From Phoronis australis (taxonomy: Eukaryota; Animalia; Phoronida), in the NCBI GenBank assembly GCA_002633005.1, contig NMRA01000003.1:666696-730695 (forward strand): a stretch of DNA of 64,000 nucleotides, given 5' to 3'. Under the pieces are notes generated by a model. That model did not search any database. It was given only the letters and a program-made list of their open reading frames with translations, and was not told where the DNA came from. Positions 15,901 through 29,100 of the stretch are shown here, piece after piece (the stretch's first letter is position 1; every line of letters starts with the position of its first letter). A program made the translations under genes and the position numbers.

Positions 15901-18900
15901 AGAACAAGTTACGCTTTATGGTGAACGTCACTGTCTCTGATGCCGTTTTCTCCCCGTCAGACGCTTGTACGACAACCTTTGAACAGTAAAAGTTCAGTTG
16001 ACTTTTATTGCAGATTGTCACAAACTGATGTATACCTAAATCAATCCATGATGAAGGTTTGTTATTATCACTATTGATAGATATCTCTTCTCTATGAAGA
16101 ACAAGGCCAGGCGGTACAGTGAAGGGCATATTGGGACTCATTTCAACATGACCTGATTCTTTCCATCTCATCTATGAATGAGGGATTTAAGACATGCAAA
16201 GAATTAGCGTTTTTGCTGTGCTGGAAAGTGTCCTTAACACCATTTTAACAACCAGGGTCATAAATGGAGAAACCATTCTGGCACCATGTTAATGTGAGTC
16301 ATTGTCAACGCAGGTCAGCGAAAGTAAAGTCTGAATTATTTTAGTGCTGTCTACTAAAATTGAGAATACTGGGCATACCTAAATGCAGTGACAGTGATGT
16401 CACCATTACAAATAAACAAGTAATAACAAAGAAGACAGATAATGCACAACACACAAACTTTAACAAAATCTTAACGGCACAGAGCGAAAAGTAGTTTTCC
16501 AAAACTTCCAAAAGCTCTGTTCAAATGAAATGATGGTATACGTACCTGTAATTCTGTGTCGGGTATGTCGTTGAGAACAACAGCGGTCTTCAGACTCAAA
16601 GCTCCAGTGTTTTCGTTGATATCGAAGTACTGAGTGTCTCCACCAATCAATGAATATTTAACGGTGTTGAAGGCAGGCTGCAAGTCAAACAGTTTCATTG
16701 AAATCAGCAGGGTTGAGAAAAGAATATAGCTAACACAGTGAATGCATCAGAAAAAAATAATTATTTAAAAATTCTCAGCAATAAAACCTGCAATCACAGA
16801 TGGCATCATAGTATTTTTCATGTTTTACACCTAGTGCAGCCTTTCACTTTGGCTACAACTTGAGTAAAGGCAAATACTCTGATATATTGTTATTTCTAAC
16901 AGATTTATGAGGACCTATGCACCAGTTAGGCACCATCAGGGCTAGGTAAGGTAGTGGAACAGTACATCTGCTGGCCAAAATCTTGGGTGTTAAGACAGCA
17001 AGTGCCAGATTTTCATAAATTCATCTAGCGCAAGCTCAGAAAACTATTTGTCAGCGTGTATCCCAATACTCAAGATTCTGATGCAAAATTGACTTACATT
17101 AGTATCTGCATCGGTCGCTGAGACATCAGTATAGACCACTGTCCCGCCAATGGCAGTTCGCTCAATAGTTGGCTTGTATGGCACATTCTTGAACACTGGA
17201 GGATGAATGTTCCTAGCAACATTCACCGTAACAACAGCATTTGGACTACTGCTCAGAGAGTTGGGAACGCCAAGGTCTCTGGCTTCAATGTTAACCTGAA
17301 AAGACAGAATTTCAGATTGACGCATAAAAAGTGCTCTAGGAGACTTGCAGATTAAAAAAATACTTNAACAGATTTATGAGGCCCTATGCACCAGTTAGGC
17401 ACCATCAGGGCTAGGTAAGGTAGTGGAACAGTACATCTGCTGGCCAAAATCTTGGGTGTTAAGACAGCAAGTGCCAGATTTTCATAAATTCATCTAGCGC
17501 ATGCTCAGAAAACTATTTGTCAGCGTGTATCCCAATACTCAAGATTCTGATGCAAAATTGACTTACATTAGTATCTGCATCGGTCGCTGAGACATCAGTA
17601 TAGACCACTGTCCCGCCAATGGCAGTTCGCTCAATAGTTGGCTTGTATGGCACATTCTTGAACACTGGAGGATGAATGTTCCTAGCAACATTCACCGTAA
17701 CAACAGCATTTGGACTACTGCTCAGAGAGTTGGGAACGCCAAGGTCTCTGGCTTCAATGTTAACCTGAAAAGACAGAATTTCAGATTGACGCATAAAAAG
17801 TGCTCTAGGAGACTTGCAGATTAACAAAATACTTTCCAGTTAGCTGCACCAGAGACGCTCCTCCATACAATTATCAGTAAATTAACCCCAACACGCAGAT
17901 TACATTTTGTGTCATAGCTCCCATTCAAATCAACAAAATCAGTTCAAGTTTACAACAAATTCAAATCAATTAAACCGTTTAAATGCATATTTCCAGCAGT
18001 TCTGCTGAAACTCAGTGCCGTTGTTACGACAATAACCACCATTATGTATATGGTTATTTTCTCTTTCTGAGGACTAACCCAACAGTCTGGTTCCCTTTCA
18101 GGCACATAATGGGTAAATGACAGCCTGGCTGCAGCTATACTCACCGTGTAGCTTGGGTCTGTGTCATCTTTCAAATTACACTTAACGGTAACAACGCCAG
18201 TTTCAGCGTGTACATCAAAACACTGGGCTCCCTTTGTGCCTGGAACAACTCTGTATCTGACAGTATTGTGGGGTTGCTAAGGAAGAGAGAGCATTAATTA
18301 TACAGTGTACCGATATTAGAGAGGACGTGAGTATCAGATGAGATGTTGCAATCACAACATTTAAGACAAATGATCATGGAGTAAATTGATGTACCGATGT
18401 TTGCAAGGACCTCGAGTACCAGATGAGACGGTACAATCACAACTAAGACAATGATCAATGAGTAAATTTAATTTGAAGCATAGCACTGTAAATGAAACTG
18501 CTGTTACAGTAGTGTTTACCAAAATGCTGGCATACAAGACCGATATACCGAGCTTAGCACTTTCTCACAAAAATGAGCAACAACTGGTTTAGTGAGCATT
18601 GCACAGCGTCCATAAAACAATTAGCAATTTTCAAACATTAACAATCACCAGATGTCTTACCATACACTAACATAAGATAAATTAACCTATGTGGTATGAA
18701 TGAGTTGTAAAGAATGACACATCTAAACACAGTCCATGTTTACCTGTTTGTCTGCATCTGTTGCGGTAACTTGCTGAACACTTTTAAACAGTGGCTCCGT
18801 CTCCAGGATGTTGGCTGTATAGGTGACAGGGTTGAAGATGGGAGGATTGAGGTTACGCGCCACTTGCACGGTTAACGTCAATGTGTCCGTCTTGGATGGC

Positions 18901-20771
18901 ACACCATTGTCATATGCTTGGAGAACCAGCTGCAAAAATATGTTAAACGTCTTGAAATGAATCCCTTTGTTCATCTGTTATGATTGCTATCATAAAAGCT
19001 CACCACAATAAATTTTAAAACAACTGACTGACGACACTACTCATGATGTAGAGCTACTGGGTGTCAATTGGTCAGAAGGCTACAGCTACTACAGCAGATC
19101 CACCTAGTGTCTAGTGTAGAGCTGTTGGGAGTCAGTTGGTCAGAAGGCTACAGCTACTACACCAGATCCACCAAGTGTCTAGTGTAGAGCTGTTGGGAGT
19201 CAGTTGGTCAGAAGGCTCCAGCTACTACAGCAGATCCACCTAGTGTCTAGTGTAGAGCTGTTGGGAGTCAGTTGGTCAGAAGGCTACAGCTACTACAGCA
19301 GATCCACCAAGTGTCTAGTGTAGAGCTGTTGGGAGTCAGTTGGTCAGAAGGCTACAGCTACTACAGCAGATCCACCTAGTGTCTAGTGTAGAGCTGTTGG
19401 GAGTCAGTTGGTCAGAAGGCTACAGCTACTACAGCAGATCCACCTAGTGTCTAGTGTAGAGCTGTTGGGAGTCAGTTGGTCAGAAGGCTACAGCTACTAC
19501 AGCAGATCCACCTAGTGTCTAGTGTAGAGCTGTTGGGAGTCAGTTGGTCAGAAGGCTACAGCTACTACAGCAGATCCACCAAGTGTCTAGTGTAGAGCTG
19601 TTGGGAGTCAGTTGGTCAGAAGGCTACAGCTACTACAGCAGATCCACCTAGTGTCTAGTGTAGAGCTGTTGGGAGTCAGTTGGTCAGAAGGCTACAGCTA
19701 CTACAGCAGATCCACCAAGTGTAGAGCTGGTGGAAGTCAGCAACTACCTGCATTAAATGTTCAGTTATGGAGACATGCTGATTTACCACATAAAAGGATG
19801 AGCTTGGAAATCCTTTTATCGAGTTTACCGAAGTTTTCAACAACAATTATTTGCCACCTCTACCCAAGCTCATAAATAACTCTGAGGTACATTGTCAAGC
19901 TAAGAACAATATATGGTAAGCTGTCTAAAATCCAGTTTTGTGTGCTTCACATTCAAAATCACTAAAGGTGCGTACAATTTATGACAGAACATGGTGCAGA
20001 CGTGTACCTAACAAATGCATGACATCTTGAAAAACATGACAAATGCAGTTATGTCATGTTCTCTACAGATCGATGAAAGGGCAAAAAGTGGTACCCAGGA
20101 CATCATGGTTAGTCTTGCTCAGAAATAAAACTTCCCATGGTGAGAGAAGACCAGACTCAAATAATAAATGACTGGCATTACCATTGAGAAGAGTCTTACT
20201 TTTACACTAGATTCTCCATTAGACATTTGGGGTTCCGCTACTGACAATCCATAGGGGGTAAAGAGACAATTGCTTTCACAGTCAAGACTGTTACACAGTC
20301 CAACTCGGACGGTTGTATGACCAAGAGCAGGCTTCACAAAGAACTGCTTTCACTGACCTTGCACGTAAATTTCAAAAGGCCTATTGTGAGTGAACGACAC
20401 CAAAAGTCTCAAAAATTCTAAGCCCAAAATGGAGGCTAAGTAAGACAACATATAACTGCAGCTGCACTTCAAAGAGTCACACTGTTTTCATGATCAATAT
20501 GTGCAAATACCTTATATTGAGTATTGGTATCTCCTTCAAGACTCTTCTTCAGCTCAATAACTCCAGTATCTTTGTTCACCCCAAAATATTCACTGACGAC
20601 ATCACCTTTGTTCATCAGACGATACTTCACCAAACCAAATTCAGCCTAAAGCATCATTATCATTCTTATGTTACAATAACATAACAGAAGTTCTCCTCTT
20701 AAAATACACTTACAAATACAAGTTAAAAAATCTTGTTTATTTCACTTATTTATGCCTCTGGACACCTTGAG

Positions 20772-20827
<56 letters not shown>

Positions 20828-23800
20828 GTGTGTGCGGGTTATTATTATCAATTTAAAAAGGATAAAACAAAAAATACAAAACACAGGCTCATTTATTCCA
20901 TCAAACTGTTCTCAAAATGTCTGGCAGGATAGCAATTGGTCTCTAACATCAAAGCAAATTGAGATGCCATATGCTATTGAGTGGGTCATCCATGAAAGGG
21001 TTAACATTTTGATGCTCGTTCTTAGTTGCCATGGCAAGATTCAAAACGTGTTTATAATGTTCATTTTTATGAGAAAGGAGGAAATCTCCTGGTGAATAAT
21101 TACATAGTATCAGGTAAACCTCAATGGCATTAACAATTACTGTGCTGAAATGTTTGTTCACATTCTGCTCACTTACAGGGCCATCTTGGTCGCTAGCTGT
21201 CACAGTTTTTCCAATGTTGCCGGGAGATGCATTCATATTCACCGAAGCAGGAGTCGTCGGGTTAAACTGAGGTGCGAAGTCATTTCTTTCCACGTTAACG
21301 GTGAAACGAAACTGGGCACTCGTTTTGGCCGGAGTTCCACCATCACTGGCGACTATGTCAAACTGAAAGAGAGAATCAATCATAAAAGATATAGAACAGA
21401 AGACTGAACAAAACCGTGAAACATCAAATTTGTTTGAAGAAGCACAATACAATCAATCTTATAGCACTCCTAATGGACAAGTTGTTGCTTATTCAACCAA
21501 ATCAAAATGTTGGAATTCATCATGAGGAAAATAACAAATTGATTCAGATGTTATGACAGCAACCAACAAATGTACCGTTTTCGTGAACTGAAGTTCTTAG
21601 GAGTAGAGTGAAGCGTAAACTTACAGTGTAGATTTTCGTCTTGGTCTGATCATCCACCAAGTTCTTCTTCACGTGTACTTCGCACAACCCACCAGGCTTG
21701 ATGACAGTATGAAAGTACTCATGACCACCCACAATGCTGCAGTCAGTAACTGTATTCCAAGGAGACTGAAACGAATTGCAAATGAAAGAAATTAACTAAA
21801 AACGATGCAGTCAGGCTAACTAAAGGTAAATCATCAGGAACCTGGTACAGGTAAAAATTGACCATGGTGATCATTAGAAGGTTGGGATTTGCTTACAACA
21901 ACAGCTCATTGAATTCAATCCTGCCGTTTGGTCACTCACGTAATCCTTTACCACACCTCATTATGTCATAAAACTATGTGTCTGTTGACAGCCCAATCAG
22001 CTCGCTCTCTATTGTGTTGGCAGGGAATGGGGTAACTGAAGCTTGCATCTTAAGTTGACAAAATTACCTGGTCTTTGGTTTGAATTTTTTTTCTGTACCT
22101 CGTCTAAAATCAGACAGTACATTCTAACTGCATACCTACAATGTAAATCTAGGCAAACATAGGCATTGTTAACTATCAACAAAATGTCCACAACCACAGC
22201 CTATTGCACTGTATGTTTCTATGATGTAATGCTCTGTAAAAGTTATGGAGAGCCTGGCTTATCAATAAGTCTGAACATTTAAAGCATTTAATATCTAGAA
22301 AACTATAAATTTTTTAGTCACTCAGTAAAAGAATATTTATTACATTTTCTGGAACTAGAAGGCCTGTAGAAGTTGATTAGTACCTTTTTACCAATCTGTT
22401 TCTTACTGGGTCACATGACTATGTCTTTTTAGAAAACTTTAGAAAAAAGAAAGGTACGTCTGACAGCAAAACAACTTTTGTCAATAACCTGATCAAATTT
22501 CATTTGATATAAATGNTTGTACCACGTGATCTCTTTGTCTTGTTGCAACACTGGGCCATCGTCCACAATTCTCTCCAACTTTCATTTTTCACTCAATTTC
22601 TCTTTCCCTCCCTCCCTCAAACCAATTTTCATTCTTTCCCTTTATCCTCAAATTTCACATGTCGCTGTCCCGGTGTTGCTGTTATTCTTCCGCATATTGT
22701 TTCTTAACTTACTATGGCAGATTGTCACCCACCTTTACAGTGCAACATGTTATATAACTTTTGTAATTACTGATATCTGTAGTAGTTTAGTTTGTCATAA
22801 TATATATGACCTTTTATCTCAACTACATGTGTTGTTTTACTGTAAACTAGCTTCGGTATCGCTTCGCAGTTAGCGCATATAAAAATGTTATTGGTGACAT
22901 ATCAAAAATGCTGTTGCAGTTTTCAAAAGTATCATTTTGGTTGTGTTCTATGCAACTTCAAAGATTTTTCATATAAATCATAAAAGTTCAAGTGGAACAT
23001 TTAAAAAACAATTCCTAAAACCGTTTTTGAGAACAATGCATAATTTAGCATAATTTCTGAAAATTTCACGTGAATCCTATCAGCCATTTCTGAGACATGA
23101 TGTTCCTAAATCAGTCAAATGTTGCCATTATTGTAGGTTCAACATAATCAATCAATCAAATCATATTTTCTAACAATAATACCTGACGGTCGCCATCGGT
23201 GACAGTCAAAGTTTTGATGGGTTGATTCAAATTTTGTGTCTCCCAGATATTGGCTGAAGCTGGATTGGTGCTGGGAAACACGGGAGACTGAAGGTTGCGG
23301 TTAATAGTGACCTCTACCAATGCTGTGGCGGTCCTCATTGGGGAACCATTGTCCTTGGCCAGCACTTGTACCTAAAATGATGGATGGGAAGTGATTGCAT
23401 TGGACTAAATATTTTGACCAATCAAAAACATTTGTGTATTGTAGTTGGCTCAACTTCAATATTGCACTTCAGAAATTCCTCTTAATAAGCATTGGAGAAC
23501 TGTTAACAATGAAGATGTTCATAAATAATACCCAAGGCCTACATTGCTGTATAAGTACCAATGAGCAATAATTATTGTAAAATTCAGATATATGACTTAC
23601 CCGATAGAATGTTTCATTAGTTTTTGTGAGCAAATCTTTTGTCCTAATAAGACCACTTGAGCTGGTAGGCAGTTCAAACAGGCCATCATAACTTCCTATG
23701 AGCTGGTAGGTCACTTGATTGTTTTGAGACTGTAAACAATCCATGGAATCAGGGGTTTATTACACAATTACAATCTACTACTTTGACAAAAGTATACCAA

Positions 23801-26161
23801 CAATCGATTTGGCATTTAGCTTAGCGTCGAGTGCTGTATACCCTACAACACATCATCAAAATTTAATCAACACTGCTCTCAATTTCTTCTGCACACATTC
23901 ACAGAATTATTATTAAGTAAGAGATTTTGAACTCATTTTGACTGCGCCAGAAACAATACAAAGTCATTGCCAGTGATGATTATTTGAACTTCTATCCAAT
24001 GATTAGAAAACTAAGCTTTAATTAGATGGTGAATGAGAGAAATCAAAGCCCCAAATGTTCTTGGAACATATTTTACATGTTAGTATGTATGAGAGCATGC
24101 ACTTACTGAAGTGTCACTGTCAGTAGCCACTACAGTAACAACAGACGTTTGTGTTGGTACCGTCTCATCCAGGGTTTTTCTATAGATGGACGAGAAAAAT
24201 ATTGGAGCGTTTTTGTTTCTGTTGATGGTGAACGTGACTGTGGCCTTCTGTGGAGAGGTCTTTGGAGTAGGGAGACCTGAGTCCACAGCTTCGACGTCAA
24301 ACTGTAGAGAAAAGATAGTCAAAATATTTTGATGTCAGGCATTGCTTTATATTGATTTTCAGCAGTAAGAAGTTCTGAAATAAGACTTAAAGTTAATACT
24401 ATCCACAGAACAAAGTCAGGGGAGCTCGCTGCTAGAATTTTTGCGGTGTTGAACCATCTTAAATTTGCATTATTATGTTGAACATTTTTGGTCTTGCAAG
24501 GAACCATTTCAGAAATAATTTTACTCTATAATTTCTCATGGCATGTCTAGAATGGTTCTGTTGTATTAGAGAAAAGATAACTAACCGTGATCGAATCGCC
24601 CGTCGTCTGTACCAGAGATTTCTTAGCACTAATCTCACCACTGCTTGAGATGTCAAAAAACTCTGACGCCACAGAATTGCCTGTGATTCTGAATGTGGCT
24701 TGGTTATGTGGAGCCTGTAAGAATATTGTTCCAATTAAAGATACTCAAATGTACACAAAAACTTAAAAAACTCCTATCTTCATCTTCGACATAACATTTG
24801 TTGACAGACAAATTCATACAAAGCTAGTCAAGACTGACAAAATGAAGCAATTAATTACTAGGTAAAAATCAAAACATTGTATAAAAGCATAACAGTTAAA
24901 AGGCAAACAAAATGCAAACACAAACACAAAAACAACTCGCACTAATAGTGAAGATACATGACAAACAGCTTATGGCCATACCAAGTTATCCGAGTCACTA
25001 AGTCCTGGTACAGTGACAATAGTCTGCCCTAGAGTTACAGTATCGTCCACGCTCCGTGTTATGGCTGTGTAAACAAACACTGGTGGATTCAAGTTCCTGT
25101 TGATGGTGATGACAAGGGGAGACGTGGCGCTCTTACCCCCTCCATCAGTGGCGGTAACATCCCCCTGGATACAAGCAATTGACAATTACCAACAAACACT
25201 AAGACTTGAAAATCTCACTAGAATGAAGTGACAAATACTGTTGTGTGTTGCCTAGTAACCGAGGACCATATTTGTAAGGGTTATGGTTACAAAAAACATC
25301 TGCGCATATTAGATGATTTAGTAGAATCAGAGAATTCGCAGCAAATGTCGATAGTAAGAACAGAGTAGTAGCAAGTAAAGGTCTGTCGACTTCAATTTGG
25401 ATATTTTCTAGGAATATCAAAGAAAAGTTCTATCCTCCAATGGGCACAACTCAAGATTCCGTCAAGGTGAAGCCAGAGACTTATGACTTGATCACACTGT
25501 TGTCAGAGTGACCAAACACATGTAATTAAAGTTGACATTACTGCAACAGCGATAAGACATTAAGACTTACAGAGACTTGAAGGATGTGACCACTGATGTC
25601 TCTAAAAAGTTCCTTCTTTACTTTGATTTGTCCAGATGAATCAATGGTGAAGTATTCGTTCATACGAGTTCCTCCCAATTTGTAGGACACTGACTTAAAG
25701 ATGGGCTGTAAATGAATCACACTGAATGTTTCTTTTGCATTACAAAAAGAAAAAGTAATAATTAAAGATATTCTTTAAGTTGAAAAGAACTTTAATTTCA
25801 CAGATTGTTAATTGAAAATAATTCTAAAACTTTATAAAAACAACGATGACAATAAAAAGCATTTTCTACTTAATTTTTACACGTTTCATCTTTAATTAGC
25901 AAACCAGTTTCCGATGTCAACAGTCTATAATTGCTGGTTAGAAAACAACAGAACATACAGATCAAATGTACAACTCACATCAGAGTCTGTGTCAGTGGCG
26001 GTTATCTTGAGGGGAGTATTACTGTTCACCGGCAAATTCTCATCAACATCTGTATTGTATGAATTCTGAAGTACCGGAGCAGTGTTACGGACCATATTCA
26101 CTGTAACAGTACCGGTACCAGATCTTGAGGGAGAACCACCATCTCTGGCTCGGACAACCAA
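988..26161 (-). CDS. Cadherin exons 25-59: array of about 18 atypical EC repeats with RN-type linkers
   Basis: Alternating exons of 177-198 nt (xxAxDxG...VxRNxxxPxF...TDxD) and 123-144 nt (PxNxVxY...YF...G...L), all phase 0, plus one fused 321-nt exon. Confidence 0.92.
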
Positions 26162-29100
26162 CTGCAAGAGAAATATCACCCATCACATAAACGACTCAAG
26201 CGTGAAACATTCTAAACAAGCTATGTACAGCAATATTTAACTTATAAAACAAGAGTCAACATGGTTCTACACGCCTCATTCCGTCTCAATAGTGTACAAA
26301 GTATGCTACAGTTAATGTTCATGCCTTAAGAGAGTTGCCCATCTCAACTTATTCAACACAGCATGTGTAAATGAACATTACCGAGTATGAAGGAGCAGTG
26401 TCATCGTCCAACCGTTTTGCTACCACAATCGCTCCAGAGTCAGGATTGATATAGAAGCGGTCATTCGTATTGCCAGACACTATGCTGTATGACACCTTTG
26501 CATTATTACCCTGAAATATGGACAGAGAAAAAAAAACTTTAAGATACGATATGAGCAAAGCAAATCGATATTTCTAACAATAGTGCATTTGGTGTATCAA
26601 AAAACAAATCAATATGCAAAAATACGTTAGACCAAATTTCATATCATGCATGTATTCATTTTAATCAATCATTCACATTATAAAAGCATGGTTACATAAA
26701 AGTGATCTTTATTATCAAATAAATTTCTTTCTCACCAGAGGTGAAAGAATAAGTCATCAAATATCAAGATTTACAGGTAATATTATATCAAACCCATTGA
26801 TGAATTAGTCAGATATAATTAAGTAGAACAAAGTTAAACCCACCGAGTCACTATCAGTGGCTACAACTGTTTCAACAGGAGTTCCAATAGCTACGTTCTC
26901 CTTCAGCGTTTTTGTATAGTCGGGGACAGAAGGGTCAATGTCATTAACATCCTGCAAGAAGAAAAGACAGTCTGAAAACTGTATCACAAACTTGCTTCAA
27001 TTAAGAAACAGGAAATCAACAAAGATGTCAGAATTTGAAGCCTAATGTGAGTGGCATTTCATAATTTTGGATGTTCTGAGCTATGCTATTGCCGTTCTAG
27101 GAACAATTTTGAAACACAAGAAATATTTCATCAATCAATTGTAAGTTAGTGAGCTTGACTTTCTCGCCACCAGATGCCACTGTGAGCATATAGAACAAAC
27201 AGAGAGATCAATTACTGTGGCCAATGCTAATTTGAAAAAAAACACAAGGGAGCAAAGTGACAGATTCTAATAGGAATTTGATGTGTGGTAATCAATCAAT
27301 TGAACTAGCACTGAGTTTAAGACACCTAAAGCGTCACTACCAGGAAAGGTTAAATTCCTGTCAAAATCTAACTCTGCAAAAATTTTAGTAAATGTGCAAA
27401 CTAAGCAAAATGGGGTAACTTCACAGCACCAGTTGATAAGAGTTCACCAACACACACTTTATGATATCATTAAGTTCAAGATAAAAAGCAAAAAAGGCAA
27501 TGAAAGGCTCATTTTTTGTCAGCATACCCAAATTTTGAAATTGATTTGACCAATCAATAACTCACACGTACAAGCTGAACCCGATTAAAATCTAATCAAA
27601 ATAGGACGACCTAAAACAATAGCAAGTTCCTAATTTGGATACTAGACGACAGACACCGTCGCCTATACTGAAATATTACAGACTGTTCAATCTAAGGAAG
27701 AGCACGACTGTCGCAATATGAATCATAGAATGGAGTTGCCAGACAATCTAATCTCTCACCAGCACAGTGACAGTGACCGTTGCCGAGGCTGACACTGCTG
27801 TGCTGCTTGCAACCTCAGCCTCCTGTGTAGTGATGGTCAGCACAAACCGGCGATCTCCGGCCTCGTAGTCCAACAACGCCCTGGTGCGCAGTGTACCATC
27901 AGAGTTTAAGGTGAACTTTTGCGCACCGTTTCCTGACACGATTTTGTACGTGATACTCTTGGTTGTATCCGCATCGGTGGCCTAGGTAGGGAGAATTGAA
28001 AAGGGAACAATCAGCTTCAAACGTATAGAAAATAGGTAACTAGTTGGATTCGGTGTCATTTTAAAGTCTGTGGCTAAAACCCGTGTTTTGTAAGAGAAGC
28101 AAACTTTTGATGTAAACCATTTAAACTGACAAAAAATTGGTTTTAATTAGATGAGGAGTTTTGGGTTTGCAAAGAATTGTAAGTTCGTCGTTCATTGATA
28201 CCATGTTTGGCTCACAGCTGTGACTTGTAGAGTTTGGCCACAACTGTGACTTGTAGAGTTTGGCCACATTTGACTTGTCACAGTAGAGTTTGGCCACAGC
28301 TGTGACTTGTAGAGTTTGGCCACAACTGTGACTTGTAGAGTTTGGCCACAGCTGTGACTTGTAGAGTTTGGCCAAATGTGACTTGTCACAGTAGAGTTTG
28401 GCCACAACCAACAAATTGTTCTTCAAGGCCCTGAAATCACCTCCAAATTGACTACGGATCAATTTGAGACCAATTTCTGAACAGGAAACAGTGGTCTACG
28501 TCAAAGCTTGATTTTTGTGATGGAACGCAGATTTATAGCTGCTTCAAAACCAACCTCTAACACAACGAAATGAAAAATATTTGAATAAACTGAATGAAAC
28601 GTGGGTCACAGTTATTCACTGCGTATCAGACACTAGACAAACCAGTTTTAGTTAATGTACAGTTGATGTTATATGGGACACTAGAAAAACGTTCAAATTT
28701 GGCTATCTTCTGAATATCGCATGGTTGATCAAATAAAGATGAAACATTCAGACACTATGCTATAAGGAGTGTTATCTTCACTGCATCTTCCTTTTTTAGT
28801 AATTTTTACTAAAAAGGCATAGTTATGTGAACCAGACCCAATGAAAGGCAGATTTGGTAAAAAGTCAAAAATCAAATACTTCCAGAAAATACATACTTTT
28901 ACCAAGTTACAATCTAAAGTTTTGTAAGATATTCTTCAACTGAAAGGACTTATTGATAAGGTCTTATATAACCTTAAGTGACACTATCAGCCACCTCCCA
29001 AAATACCACAGTGCCTGTGGTATTTACACACAATGCTACAAGACAAAGTCCTGTGTTGATCACTGGTGAACAGCAAATTTATATCAACATGCTTCATTCA

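Noticed and set aside
19047-19740. CRISPR-like appearance of regular repeats (also 36224-36508 and 13763-13906)
   Set aside because: Units are contiguous with no unique spacers, there are no cas genes, and the context is a eukaryotic intron.
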